A stretch of DNA of 58,137 bases, filler included, from Mustelus asterias (Eukaryota), in assembly GCF_964213995.1 (NCBI RefSeq). It is 3 parts of 3 records of this genome, joined end to end, with 100 filler letters (N's around TTAATTAATTAA, not from the genome) between each part and the next. Parts side by side here need not be neighbours in the genome. Positions count along the whole stretch, not along the records: positions 1 to 16,807 come from NW_027590224.1; 2 more parts are not named here. The stretch is one strand, 5' to 3'. This document shows positions 1-13,000 of the stretch, one piece after another. Every line of letters starts with the position of its first letter. Position 1 is the stretch's first letter. Both the position numbers and the translations under genes were made by a program. The notes under the pieces are model-generated. The model made no database searches, was not told the DNA's origin, and saw nothing but the letters and a program-made list of their open reading frames with translations.

Positions 1-1133
1 CCCACACAAATGAAAGCAGTGAGGTACTGATCAGGACTTCTTGTAAATCAAGCATGGCAGTGTAACCATGTGAAGCTTGGGATGTAATGTACCAGCAGGG
101 AGGTTATATCTGTGGATAAATACTTTCAATCTGTCACCCCCCCCCCCCCCCTGCTGACAACTATATGCTCTGACCAGCTGAGTTAAGTAAAGCTGTACCT
201 GGGATGTGCTTGATGTTATAATGTTCACTTAACAGGATCCTGAGTTCTTGGCGGTTGGTGTTGAGCTCGGCTAAATTTCCTATTTACTAATAAATGTCAG
301 TACAGGCGTGAATGAAAAGGATTAGTGTATGCAGTTGCAATCTAGAGTAATAACCTATTAATAATAGCGCGGTGCCTCCTAAAATGGTAAGTATGTAAAC
401 CTTATAATAAGAAAAGGTTCAGGAGAACCATGCAAAAGGAATAACAAAAATAAATGTATTTTCTTGCATTATTGCGTCTCATAAAACAGGTAAAGAGCCC
501 AAACTAAAGATTTTTCAATTAAACAGTTTCAACCCTGAGAAATGTTCAAAATATTACCAAGCGCTTGGATTTATAAATGTTGGGGCCCATACGTTGGTGC
601 ACATATGAAGAAAACACGCCCTCATCAACACACTGCCGATACCGTTCAGTGTCTGATAGTATAGTCTCCAGTTACTCACGCAACCACGACACACACAGTC
701 CAGAAGGGTCTGCGAGCGGGAAGATTATGCAGCAGGAAAAGAAAATGCAGCAAGCTGTCCGTGTAGTGACGCAGGTCCAGTGCGCTGAAGTCTGTCCTCC
801 TCGGCAGTGCGACTTAGCAAGTTAGCTTCAGCTAATCCTCACTCTCTCCGTCTTCTCAGTGAAAACTACGCCCAGCAGTTTCTAGCCGAAACGTCCACAC
901 TTGAGAGTACAAGACAATGCGCTTCACACTTTTTCTCAGCAGTAATGAAAATAACAAACAGGACTAAACCTTGCTGCCTTTCACTTCAAACTGGAAAAAA
1001 ACGAGTTACTAAACTGCGACAAACACGAGCTTTAACTGCACAGTAATATTTGTGCCCGTACTGTGAAGTATGTTAGACGACAAATATTATTTGCCTCGAT
1101 GTTAAAACTGGGTTTTTACCGCATGGAAACAGC

Positions 1134-3015
1134 TTCTCTTCCCCACGCGTGTCTCCCCACTGCAGCTTCCTCTCCCCCCACGTGTCTCTCCCCACTGCAG
1201 CTTCCTCTTCCCCCACGTGTGTCTCCCCACTGCAGCTTCCTCTTCCCCACGTGTGTCCCCCCTGCAGCTTCCTCTCCCCCCACGTGTGTCTCCCCACTGC
1301 AGCTTCCTCTCCCCCACGTGTCTCTCCCCACTGCAGCTTCCTCTCCCCCACGTGTGTCTCCCCACTGCAGCTTCCTCTCCCCACGCGTCTCTCCCACTGC
1401 AGTTTCCTCTCCCCCACGTGTCTCTCCCCACTGCAGCTTCCTCTCCCCACGTGAGTCTCCCCACTGCAGTATCCTCTCCCCCACGTGTCCCCCCCCACTG
1501 CAGCTTCCTCTTCCCCACATGTCTTCCCCCCCCCCCCACTGCAGCTTCCTCTCCCCCACGTGTGTCTCCCCACTGCAGCTTCCTCTCCCCACGTGTGTCT
1601 CCCCCACTGCAGTATCCTCTCCCCCACGTGTGTCTCCCCACTGCAGTATCCTCTCCCCCACGTGTGTCTCCCCACTGCAGTATCCTCTCCCCCACGTGTG
1701 TCTCCCCACTGCAGCTTCCTCTTCCCCACGTGTGTCTCCCCACTGCAGCTTCCTCTCCCCCACGTGTGTCTCCCCACTGCAGCTTCCTCTCCCCACGTGT
1801 GTCTCCCCACTGCAGCTTCCTCTCCCCCACGTGTGTCTCCCCACTGCAGCTTCCTCTCCCCCACGTGTGTCTCCCCACTGCAGCTTCCTCTCCCCCACGT
1901 GCCCCCCCCCATTGCAGCTTCCTCTCCCCCACGTGTCCCCCCCCACTGCAGCTTCCTCTCCCCCACGTGTGTCTCCCCACTGCAGCTTCCTCTCCCCCAC
2001 GTGTGTCTCCCCACTGCAGCTTCCTCTTCCCCACGCGTGTCTCCCCACTGCAGCTTCCTCTCCCCCACGTGTGTCTCCCCACTGCAGCTTCCTCTTCCCC
2101 ACGTGTGTCTCCCCACTGCAGCTTCCTCTCCCCCACGTGTCCCCCCCCACTGCAGCTTCCTCTCCCCACGTGTGTCTCCCCCACTGCAGCTTCCTCTCCC
2201 CACGTGTGTCTCCCCCACTGCAGCTTCCTCTTCCCCACGTGTCTCCCCACTGCAGCTTCCTCTTCCCCAAGTGTGTCTCCCCACTGCAGCTTCCTCTCCC
2301 CCACGTGTGTCTCCCCACTGCAGCTTCCTCTCGCCACGTGTCCCCCCCCACTGCAGCTTCCTCTTCCCCACGCGTGTCTCCCCACTGCAGCTTCCTCTCC
2401 CCCACGTGTGTCTCCCCACTGCAGCTTCCTCTTCCCCACGTGTGTCTCCCCACTGCAGCTTCCTCTCCCCCACGTGTCCCCCCCCACTGCAGCTTCCTCT
2501 CCCCACGTGTGTCTCCCCCACTGCAGCTTCCTCTCCCCACGTGTGTCTCCCCCACTGCAGCTTCCTCTTCCCCACGTGTCTCCCCACTGCAGCTTCCTCT
2601 TCCCCAAGTGTGTCTCCCCACTGCAGCTTCCTCTTCCCCACGTGTGTCTCCCCACTGCAGCTTCCTCTCCCCCACGTGTGTCTCCCCACTGCAGCTTCCT
2701 CTCCCCCACGTGTGTCTCCCCCACTGCAGCTTCCTCTTCCCCACGTGTGTCTCCCCACTGCAGCTTCCTCTCCCCCACTGCAGCTTCCTCTCCCCCACGT
2801 GTGTCTCCCCACTGCAGCTTCCTCTCCCCCACGTGTGTCTCCCCACTGCAGCTTCCTCTCCCCCACGTGTGTCTCCCCACTGCAGCTTCCTCTCCCCCAC
2901 GTGTGTCTCCCCACTGCAGCTTCCTCTCCCCCACTGCAGCTTCCTCTCCCCCACGTGTGTCTCCCCACTGCAGCTTCCTCTCCCCCACGTGTGTCTCCCC
3001 ACTGCAGCTTCCTCT
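1134..3015. repeat. Minisatellite, ~32-34 bp unit (CCCCACGTGTGTCTCCCCACTGCAGCTTCCTCTC)
   Basis: Direct tandem repetition over ~1.9 kb with unit variants. The unit has no stop codons, which explains the long low-complexity ORFs in all six frames. Confidence 0.97.
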
Positions 3016-3266
3016 GCCTCCCGCCGTTTTTCTTTTTCCCTCCCCCTAAGTAATCTGATTGGATTAAAGTGCAGCTCTCTAGAAAACGGATTGGCTTAGC
3101 TGACATCACTCAAACAGTATCTGTTCACGGTATTGGGCCCAGTAAACAGGATATTGAAACTCACAAGGAAACAAAGAACAATAGTAAATGTCTTTTTCAT
3201 TAAATTTACCCATATTTCAAGAAAACACACTTTTCATTTTTCTTTCATTTATCCTTATTTTTTCAG

Positions 3267-3632
3267 ACCCCTACAAATCTTTTCCAGGTGACTCGCCTGT
3301 CCCAGTTTCTGGGTTCCTTGGGGAGCAGGTTGTGCTGTCCTGTACCTACACAGGGAATGTTACCATCTCAGATTTACTGGTAATCTGGGGGACACCCAAA
3401 CGTGAATTTTTACACAAGTTTGTCAATGGGAAAGATGATTTGACAGAACAAAATCCACGGTTCAGAAACAGAACAAAGCTGTTCAGAGATCAACTGGAAC
3501 AAGGAAACTGGTCAGTTCTGCTCTCGGACCTCAGGGAGTCAGACCAGAACCAGTATCAGTGTCAGATTTACAAGAGGATGAGTGCAGGATTTTATTGGGT
3601 GCAAACTGATCGCGTCCTTCTCTCTGTAACAG
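3267..3632 (+). CDS. Ig V-set exon of a B7/butyrophilin-family-like membrane protein (CD276/HHLA2/VTCN1-like)
   Basis: Polypyrimidine tract + AG acceptor (3265-3266) and G|GTGAGA donor, phase 1-1. Translation PVSGFLGEQVVLSC..LLVIW..DLTEQNPRFRNRTKLFRDQLEQGNWSVLLSDLRESDQNQYQC matches the B7-family V pattern (Q..F.NRT.LF..QL..GN.SL.L..L...D...Y.C). The leader exon was not found in the window. Confidence 0.9.
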
Positions 3633-3744
3633 GTGAGAGGTTTCTGTTTCAGGAATTCTGTATTTAATCCCTGATTTTATGGGTTCAGTCATGCAGTGGT
3701 TATGTTATGAAACAAATAATCCCGAGAATGTGGGAGAATCCCGA

Positions 3745-4092
3745 GGGCGGCACGGTAGCACAGTGGTTAGCACTGCTGCTTCACAGCTCCAGGGTCCTGG
3801 GTTCGATTCCCGGCTCGGGTCACTGTCTGTGTGGAGTTTGCACATTCTCCTCGTGTCTGCGTGGGTTTCCTCCGGGTGCTCCGGTTTCCTCCCACAGTCC
3901 AAAGATGTGCGGGTTAGGTTGATTGGCCAGGTTAAAAAAAAATTGCCCCTTAGTGTCCTGAGATGCATAGGTTAGAGGGATTAGTGAGTACAATATATGG
4001 GGGTAGGGCCTGGGTGGGATTGTGGTCGGTGCAGACTCGATGGGCCGAATGGCCTCTTTCTGTACTGTAGGGTTTCTATTCTATTCTATTCT
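3745..4092 (+). mobile_element. Shark tRNA-derived SINE (HE1-like), full length with (TTCTA)n tail
   Basis: tRNA-like head GGGCGGCACGGTAGCACAGTGGTTAGCAC..GGTTCGATTCCC, a body shared with copies at 14239, 40990, 5670(-) and 51765(-), and a CR1-like 3' tail. Confidence 0.9.
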
Positions 4093-4259
4093 AATGTGAG
4101 TTCAAATCCCACCATGGCACTTTCAGAATTTAAATTCAGTTTATGAAATAAAAATCTGGAAATATAAAGTTGGTCCTAATAAAAGTGACCAGGAAACTGT
4201 TGGATTATAAAACCCCGACTGGTTCACTAATGTCCCTTTAGGGAAGGAAACCTGCCATC

Positions 4260-4995
4260 GTGCAGAGGGATCTGGGTGTTCTAGTGCTTGAATCACAAAA
4301 GGCTGATATACAGGTACAACAAGTAATTAGCAATACTAATGGACCGTTATTGTTTGCTGTGAGGGGACTTGGATAAAGTAATGAGGTTATGTTTCAATTG
4401 TACGGGGCATTGGTGAGACCACATCGAGAGTATTGTGTACAGTATTGGTCTCCTTATTTAAGGAAATATGTAACAGTGTTTGAAGCGGTTCAGAGAAGGT
4501 TTACCAGACTAATCCCAGGAAGGGGCTGGGTGTCTTATGAGGAAAGTTTGGAGAGGTTAGGTCTGTATCCACCAGAGTTCAGAAGAGTAAGAGGCGACTT
4601 GATGGAAACCTTTAAGATCCTGAGGGGTATCGACAGGGTGGATGTGGAGAGGATGTTCCCTCTTGTAGGAGAATCTAGAACCAGGGATCACTGATTAAAA
4701 ATTAGGGCTCTCACTTAACATGGAGGTGAGGATAATTTCTTCTCTCTTGGTAGGTTGTGAGTTTCTGGAACTCTCTGCCTCAAATGGCAGTGGATACAGT
4801 GTCTTTGAATATATTTAAGGCAGAGTGAGATAGATTCTTGATTAACGAGGGTGAAAGGTTAATAAGGGGATGGGGGGGTGAAAGGTTATCAGGGGTCGGC
4901 GGGAATGTGTGGTTGAAGTTAGTCAGGTGAGCCATGATCTTATTGAATGGTGGAGCAGGCTCGAGTGGCCGCCTCCTGCTCCCAATTCATATGTT
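4260..4995 (+). mobile_element. 5'-truncated CR1 LINE 3' fragment
   Basis: LYGALVRPHREYCVQYWSPYLRK..VQRRFTRLIPG is the CR1 ORF2 C-terminus, followed by a CR1-type 3'UTR. It interrupts an older SINE (4095-4260, 5025-5170). Confidence 0.88.
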
Positions 4996-5535
4996 TGTAT
5001 CGATGTACGTGTGTACCCAGTCTGGTCTATATGTGACTCCAGTCCCACATTAACCTGGGTGACTTTTAACTGCCCTCTGACTTGCTCAAACACTTCAATC
5101 AGTTTGTATCAAACCACTGGACAGAGAAACCAGAATAAAACTGAAGGGATCACTGGCTGTGACCCAGGTATTGAGTCAGAATGTTGGGGTGCAGGAGGTG
5201 GGGTCTGTAACACCTCTCAGGCAGCCTTGACAAGACCCAGTGCACTTACCTTGTTCCCAGTAGGCCCAGGATCCTGTGGGGATTCTCTCCACGGGGATGT
5301 AGGCTGCTGGGAATGATCCTGCTCAGGGGAACTCTGGAAAACTTCCATTCTACCCATCACAGTTAATGCAATCCTGTTGGACTTTTCACTCTGCCGACCC
5401 TGTTCCTGATCCTTCCTGATCAGTTTGAGTCGAGTCTCGTTGCTCCCTGGATGTTTTTCCCTAAAGCCCGATAGTCTTTGACCATTTCTGTAGTTTGTGT
5501 CACACACAATACTAAACACATGATGTTTTCTTTAG

Positions 5536-5574
5536 AGCGACTTCCTACACCTGGACCGAACACACCTGTACCAG
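5536..5574 (+). CDS. Short Pro/Thr-rich stalk exon of the B7-like gene (ERLPTPGPNTPVP)
   Basis: ttttctttag acceptor and CCAG|gtaaat donor. 39 nt, phase 1-1, in frame between the V and TM exons. Confidence 0.75.
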
Positions 5575-5669
5575 GTAAATCTGTTTCTAAACTACTGCAT
5601 GTGTTTTCAGCGTGTTGCATCATTCTGGATAGACAGCGAGTAACACTGGAAGGTTTGAAAGTAAAGTTT

Positions 5670-5965
5670 ATTAGTTTATTTATTAAAAGTTATTTATTAG
5701 TCACAGGTAAGGCTTACATTAACACTGCAATGAAGTTACTGAGAAATTCCCCAAGTCGCCACACTCCAGTGCAAGTTCGGGTCAATGCACCCTAACCAGC
5801 ACGTCTTCCAGACTGTGGGAGGAAACCGGAGCACCCGGAGGAAACCCACACAGACACAGGGAGAACTTGCAAACTCCACACAGACAGTGACCCAAGCCAG
5901 GGATCGAACCTGGGACCCAGGCGCTGTGAGGCAGCAGAGCTAATCACTGTGCTACTATGCCACCC
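5670..5965 (-). mobile_element. tRNA-derived SINE
   Basis: Reverse complement of the SINE head/body seen at 3745, with an AATAAAC-type tail. Confidence 0.85.
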
Positions 5966-6601
5966 AAGAATGATTGTGAGAGAGTGAGTGATGTGAGTCA
6001 CTGTTACCTGTAACTGGTCCTGCAACCACTGGGATTTGTTATTTCTGTTTCTGAGTCTCACCTTCCTGTCCCTCAGATACAGAACTGTGAGGATTCCTGC
6101 TTCCCACGAGCATTCGTGTTTCTGGAATTCTGTGTGGAAAGTCTCGGTACAATTTTACCCAAACCCACCTGTTGGGAAACTGATGGGATTGGATGTAACA
6201 CTGGGTGAAGTCAGTGGAGAGAAATATTTACCCGGGTGTAATCCGGCATTCCACACAATCCCGTGGCCTTTTCCGATTGGTAAATTATTTTAAAATCTCC
6301 TGTTAGTTCAGCGTGCTGTTGGGTTGAATTGAAGGGAGGCTGCTGCTGCTCAGTGTCCAGTTATCTCTATTGGAAAGCATGTATCGATCACATTGTGGGG
6401 CAGTGTGTGTGTGCAAGGAGCTGTGGGGTGACCTGGTGTGTGTGTGATTATCGGTGTCTAACCTCCCACATCCCTCCAGGACTAGAATTAACCAGGGATC
6501 TGTCTGTACTGGGGATGGTTCTGAAACACTCGGTGCTGAAGGTCTCTGCTGTTAGTTTGTGAGTGTGTCCCAGTCTGTTAATGGCTTCATTCTGTCTCTA
6601 G

Positions 6602-6713
6602 GACCTGGACTCCCGGATAGAGCAAGAGTTGGATTGGGAATCGGAATTCTTGTTGCTGTTGTTTTTGTTGTTGCTGGAATTGGGATTTACATATTCCGAA
6701 AGCGACAAAGACG
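6602..6713 (+). CDS. Transmembrane exon of the B7-like gene (GPGLPDRARVGLGIGILVAVVFVVAGIGIYIFRKRQRR)
   Basis: ctgtctctag acceptor (phase 1), ~23 hydrophobic residues followed by a basic stop-transfer RKRQR, then a CG|gtgagt donor (phase 2). Confidence 0.85.
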
Positions 6714-6949
6714 GTGAGTTCCAGAATGTTCCACTGTTTCCATTGGGATCCTGTTTTTGGTTTATAATGTTTGTTCAATGTTGCTGAACGCCAGAACTGT
6801 CCATTTACTGAGCTGTGAGGATGCTTCAATCCACCCTATCATTGAGCAGCGTTAACCAGTCACTTCCAGCTTGTCATCCTCTTGCTGCTGAACAGTCCCC
6901 GTGGATTGGAAAGGAGCGAATATTATCCCACTGGGAGAACCAGTGGATG

Positions 6950-7470
6950 AGGAATGTATCTGGGATTTCAGAAGGTATTTGATAAGGTGCCACACAATAG
7001 GTTGTTCCACAAGACATGGGCTCAGGGGATTGGGGGTAATGTAGCATGGATTGAGGATTGGTGAGTGGACAGAAACAGAGGAGGGACAATGGGTGATTTT
7101 TGGTTGGCAGGATGTAACTGGTGCTGCCGGGATCAGTGCTGGAGCCTCAGCTAATCACAATCCATGTCAGTGACTTATTACACTCCATCCCTTCATATAT
7201 GTCGAAGTTTGCTGAAGATGTAACCCTGGATGGGAAAGTAAGCTGTGTGGAGGACACAAAGACACAAAGAGGACACAAAGCTATAATATGGGCAGTCTGA
7301 ATTTTCCACTTTGCTGGGAAGAATGGAAAAACAGATTAGCTGGCAGACTGGAAAATGTTGGTATTCTGAAGGATTTTAGTTTCCTTGTGCGTGAATCACA
7401 GTCTCCCTGCAGGGCAAGCAGGCAATTGGGATGTTGGCACACAGACTCAAGGGGCCGAATGGCCACCTCC
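6950..7470 (+). mobile_element. Degenerate CR1 RT fragment
   Basis: GATTTCAGAAGGTATTTGATAAGGTGCCACAC ([11 protein letters not shown]) and AAGTTTGCTGAAGAT (KFADD-like) remnants. Confidence 0.7.
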
Positions 7471-8421
7471 TGATTTTATCGTTTATTTTCTATTTTTACC
7501 AAATTTTGAATGATGTTGTTTTCCCATCTCTCACAGAATCCTATGAATGGATTATCCGACAACTCTTGCGATCTCTGAAAATCTGTGCTCTCACACGTCC
7601 CTCGATTTCTACCGCTCCACCATTGCTGATCATGCCTCCAAAAGCCTGGGCTCTAATCTCGGAAAATCCCTTCCTAAACCTTGGACTCTCTCTCCCTCCT
7701 CCACTATAATGCTCCTTTAAAACTTATCCTTCTGCCTGAATTTCTCCCTCAGTAACTCAATGTTAAATATTGTTTATCTTTCCGTGAAGTATTTCTGGGT
7801 GTTCTATAAAGGTGCTATATAAATTCAAGTTGTTGTTAGTCAATCACCTCCTGCACTTTTAAAACATCCCCCTTAACCCGGACATCAGAGGATTCAGTCG
7901 CTGGGAAAGCCATCTCGGATTTCCTCGTCTCACTCAATATCCACATCTCCGTGCTCACCGCCTATCCCCACACACACCCCTCACAGTGGCAGCAGGAACT
8001 ATTGCAGGGTTCTCTAACTCTATCCTCTGACCCTCCCTCTGTGGGTCAGCACATCTCCTGTGGACTGTCCAGCTCTTGCCCGTTGCCTCCCCGATAAGCC
8101 TCCTCTCCTCTACACTCTGTGCTCCATCACCGTGCAGCTCCTGTGACCCATTTTCCAGCTGCCATTGGTACCCAGGATGTTGCGTGGAATTTAATGGGTC
8201 TGTGCTCCTGAACGGCTCCTTTATTCACCTGACCAAAGTGTTGGATTCTTTTCATGTAACCTGAACTCTGCTGTTTTTTTCCTCTCCTGGGCAACCAACC
8301 AGATACAGCATGAATCAAAATGAAACCTCTAATGATGTCCCTTTGACAGGGGAGACCTGTTAACGTGAAGCATGGGGCCTTGTGACAACAGCAGCTGAGC
8401 ATCAGGATGGAGCGTCTGGAG

Positions 8422-9397
8422 ATCTGGACGATCTGGAGGAGGGGACTGAGTGTAGGGTAACAAAGTTTGCAGACAACACAAAGATAAGTGGAAAAGTGAA
8501 TCGTGTGGAGGGCGTAGAAGGTCTGCAGAGAGATTTGGACAGGCTGAGTGAGTGGGCGAGGATCTGGCAGATGGAGTATAACGTTAACAAATGCGAGGTT
8601 ATTCACTTTGGAAGAAATAATCGCAAATTGGATGATTATCTAAATGGAAAGAAATTACAACATGCTGCTGTGCAGAGGGACCTGGGGGTCCTTGTGCATG
8701 AGACGCAAAAACCCAGTCTGCAGGTGCAACAGGTAATCAAGAAGGCAAATGGGATGTTGGCCTATATCGCAAGGGGGATAGAATATAAAAGCAGAGATGT
8801 CTTGCTGCATCTGTACAGGGGATTGGTGAGGCCGCAGCTGGAATACTGTGTGCAGTATTGGTCCCCTTATTTGCGGAAGGATATATTGGCCTTGGAGGGA
8901 GTGCAGAGAAGGTTCACCAGGTTGATACCAGAGATGAGGGGTGTTGATTATGAGGAGAGACTGAGCAGATTGGGTTTGTATTTGTTGGAATTTAGAAGGC
9001 TGAGGGGGGATCTTATAGAGACCTATAAGATAATGAAGGGGCTGGATAGGGTAGAGATGGAGAGATTCTTTCCACTTAGAAAGGAAACTAGAACTAGAGG
9101 GCACAGCCTCAAAATAAAGGGGGGTCAGTTTAGGACAGAGTTGAGGAGGAACTTCTTCTCTCAGAGGGTGGTGAATCTCTGGAATTCTCTGCCCACTGAA
9201 GTGGTGGAGGCTACCTCGTTGAATATGTTTAAATCACGGATAGATGGATTCCTGATCGGTAATGGAATTATGGGTTATAGGGATCAGGCGGGTAAGTGGA
9301 ACTGATCCACTTCAGATCAGCCATGATCTTATTGAATGGCAGGGCAGGCTCGAGGGGCTAGATGGCCTACTCCTGCTCCTATTTCTTATGTTCTTAT
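8422..9397 (+). mobile_element. 5'-truncated young CR1 LINE (RT C-terminus + 3'UTR)
   Basis: Open frame [38 protein letters not shown] and a TTCTTATG tail. Same subfamily as 19243-22734. Confidence 0.93.
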
Positions 9398-10066
9398 ATT
9401 CCACTGTGCCACCGTGCCGTGATAACCTTCAGGAAGAACCATTGTGGAAGGGAGCCTCAAGCTTTCAGCTTCAAGAGGGAGTTTGGTCTCCATTCATGCC
9501 TGGCCAGTACGATTAGGCAATGACATCTCCACAACTTCACTGGAAGTCACTCGATTAGTATTGTTTGTTTAAACCTATGCTGAGGAATTTGTAGTGGTAG
9601 CAGAGGAAGGTAGAATCATTTGTGTGTTTTAAACAGGGTGTAGTCGTGATTTTATATTTAATTAAGAAGTGATTTGATTCAATGGGGTTGTGTCTTGTCA
9701 TTCGAGGATCTCGGTCAACATGGATTACTTCTTCCACCCTCCAATCTGTAGGAACTGTTCCAGAGTTCATCGAATTTTCACAGGTGACCACCAATGCATC
9801 CAGTATTTCGAGGGCCACTTCCTTTAATACTCTGGGATGTAGATCATCAGGCCCTGGTGATTGTCAGGCTTGAACCCCATTAATTTAGCCATTTTCTTAC
9901 CAATACTGATTTCCTTCAATTCCACCCTCTTGGTTCCCTAACGTCTCTGGGAGGTTATTTGTGCATTCTTTTGTGAAGAGTGAACCAAAGTATGTGTTCA
10001 ATTTGTGACGATACTGTGCCTTTAAGAAATGTATTTGTATCATGGTTCTTGTGGAAGGGTATGATT

Positions 10067-13000
10067 AGAACATAGAACATAGAACATAGAACATTACAGC
10101 GCAGAACAGGCCCTTCGGCCCACGATGTTGCACCGACCAGTTAAAAAAAAAACTGTGACCCTCCAACCTAAACCAATTTCTTTTCGTCCATGAACCTATC
10201 TACGGATCTCTTAAACGCCCCCAAACTAGGCGCATTTACTACTGATGCTGGCAGGGCATTCCAATCCCTCACCACCCTCTGGGTAAAGAACCTACCCCTG
10301 ACATCGGTTCTATAACTACCCCCCCTCAATTTAAAGCCATGCCCCCTCGTGCTGGATTTCTCCATCAGAGGAAAAAGGCTATCACTATCCACCCTATCTA
10401 AACCTCTAATCATCTTATATGTTTCAATAAGATCCCCTCTTAGCCGCCGCCTTTCCAGCGAAAACAATCCCAAATCCCTCAGCCTCTCCTCATAGGATCT
10501 CCCCTCCATACCAGGCAACATCCTGGTAAACCTCCTCTGCACCCTCTCCAAAGCCTCCACATCCTTCCTGTAATGTGGGGACCAGAACTGCACACAGTAC
10601 TCCAAGTGCGGCCGCACCAGAGTTGTGTACAGTTGCAACATAACGCTACGACTCCTAAATTCAATCCCCCTACCAATAAACGCCAAGACACCATATGCCT
10701 TCTTAACAACCTTATCTACTTGATTCCCAACTTTCAGGGATCTATGCACACATACACCTAGATCCCTCTGCTCCTCCACACTATTCAAAGTCCTCCCGTT
10801 AGCCCTATACTCAACACATCTGTTATTCCTACCAAAGTGAATTACCTCACACTTCTCCGCATTAAACTCCATCCGCCACCTCTCGGCCCAACTTTGCAAC
10901 CTGTCTAAGTCTTCCTGCAAACTACGACACCCTTCCTCACTGTCTACCACACCACCGACTTTGGTGTCATCAGCAAATTTGCTAATCCACCCAACTATAC
11001 CCTCATCCAGATCATTAATAAATATTACAAACAGCAGTGGCCCCAAAACAGATCCCTGAGGTACACCACTTGTAACCGCACTCCATGATGAATATTTACT
11101 ATCAACCACCACCCTCTGTTTCCTATCCGCTAGCCAATTCCTGATCCAATTTCCTAGATCACCCCCAATCCCATACATCTGCATTTTCTGCAGAAGCCTA
11201 CCATGGTGAACCTTATCAAACGCCTTACTAAAATCCATATATACCACGTCCACTGCCTTGCCCCCATCCACCTCCTTGGTCACTTTCTCAAAAAACTCAA
11301 TAAGGTTAGTAAGGCACGACCTACCTGCCACAAAACCATGCTGACTATCACCTATCAATTCATTACTCTCCAAATAACTATAAATCCTATCCCTTATAAT
11401 TTTTTCCAACATCTTGCCGACAACAGAAGTGAGACTCACCGGTCTATAATTCCCGGGGAAGTCTCTGTTCCCCTTCTTAAACAATGGGACAACATTCGCT
11501 AACCTCCAATCTTCTGGTACTATACCAGAGGCCAACGACGACCTGAAGATCAGAGCCAGAGGCTCTGCAATCACTTCTCTTGCCTCCCAGAGAATCCTTG
11601 GATAAATCCCATCCGGACCAGGGGATTTATCTATTTTCAGACCCTCCAGAATATCCTGCACATCCTCCTTATCAACTGTAATACTGTCTATTCTACTCCC
11701 TTGCAACCCAGTGTCCTCCTCAGCTATATTCATGTCCCCTTGCGTGAACACCGAAGAGAAATATTGGTTCAATGCTTCACCAATCTCCTCCGGTTCCACA
11801 CATAACTTCCCTCTGCCATCTATAACTGGCCCTAAACTTGCCCTAACCAACCTTCTGTTCTTGACATACCTATAGAACGCCTTAGGATTCTCTTTAACCC
11901 TATCCGCCAAAGTCTTCTCATGTCCTCTTTTAGCCCTTCTAAGCTCGCTCTTCAACTCCCTCTTAGCCAATCTAAAGCTTTCTAGTGCACTACCCGAGTG
12001 CTCACGTCTCATCCGAACATAAGCCTCCTTTTTCTTTTTAACCAACAAAGAAACTTTTTTGGTGCACCACGGTTCCCTAGCCCTACCAATTCCTCCTTGC
12101 CTGACAGGGACATACCTATCACAGACTCGCAGTAGCTGCTCCTTGAAAAAACTCCACATGTCGGACGTTCCCAGTCCCTGTAATCTCCTAGTCCAACCTA
12201 TGTTTCCTAATTCTCTCCTAATAGCCTCATAATTACCCTTCCCCCAGCTAAAACCACTGGCCCGAGGTTCATGCCTATCCCTTTCCATCACTAAGGTGAA
12301 CGTAACCGAATTGTGGTCACTATCACCAAAATGCACACCAACTTCCAAGTCTAGCACCTGGTCTGGCTCATTTCCCAGCACCAGATCCAATATAGCCTCA
12401 CCTCTAGTTGGCCTGTCTACATACTGAGTCAAAAAACCTTCCTGCACGCTTTGAACAAAAACTGACCCCTCTAACGAGCTAGAGCTATAACAATTCCAGT
12501 CAATATTAGTCAAGTTAAAATCCCCCATAACAATTGCCCTATTACTTTCACTCCTAAGCAGGATTGACTCCGCAATCCTTTCCTCAACCTCTCTAGAACT
12601 TTTAGGAGGTCTATAAAAGACTCCCAACAGGGTGACCTCTCCTCTCCTATTTCTAATCTCCGCCCATACTACCTCAACAGATAAGTCCTCATCAAACCTC
12701 CTCTCTCACACTGTGATACAATCTCTGACCAATAATGCTACCCCTCCCCCTCTTCTACCTCCTTCCCTACTTCGACTAAAACATTTGAACCCCGGGACCT
12801 GCGGCATCCATTCCTGCCCCTGCTCTATCCATGTCTCTGAAATAGCCACAACATCGAAGTCCCAGGTACTGATCCACGCTGCAAGTTCACCCACTTTATT
12901 GCGAATACTCCTGGCATTGAAGTATACACATTTCAAACCCTGCTCCACCCCACCTCTGCAATGCCGTGCATTGCAGTCCCCATCCATGCATCCCTCACTT

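Noticed and set aside
1039-1065. CACAGTA...TACTGTG heptamer-like pair, considered as a D segment
   Set aside because: The orientation is opposite to that flanking a D segment and there are no correctly spaced nonamers.
1134-3015. CRISPR-like regular repeats
   Set aside because: Pure tandem units with no unique spacers, in a eukaryotic context.
1063-3109. Long (520-680 aa) ORFs in all six frames
   Set aside because: They are translations of a stop-free minisatellite, with no domain or splice support.
3745-3820. tRNA-like A/B boxes in SINE heads
   Set aside because: These belong to SINEs and are not tRNA genes.
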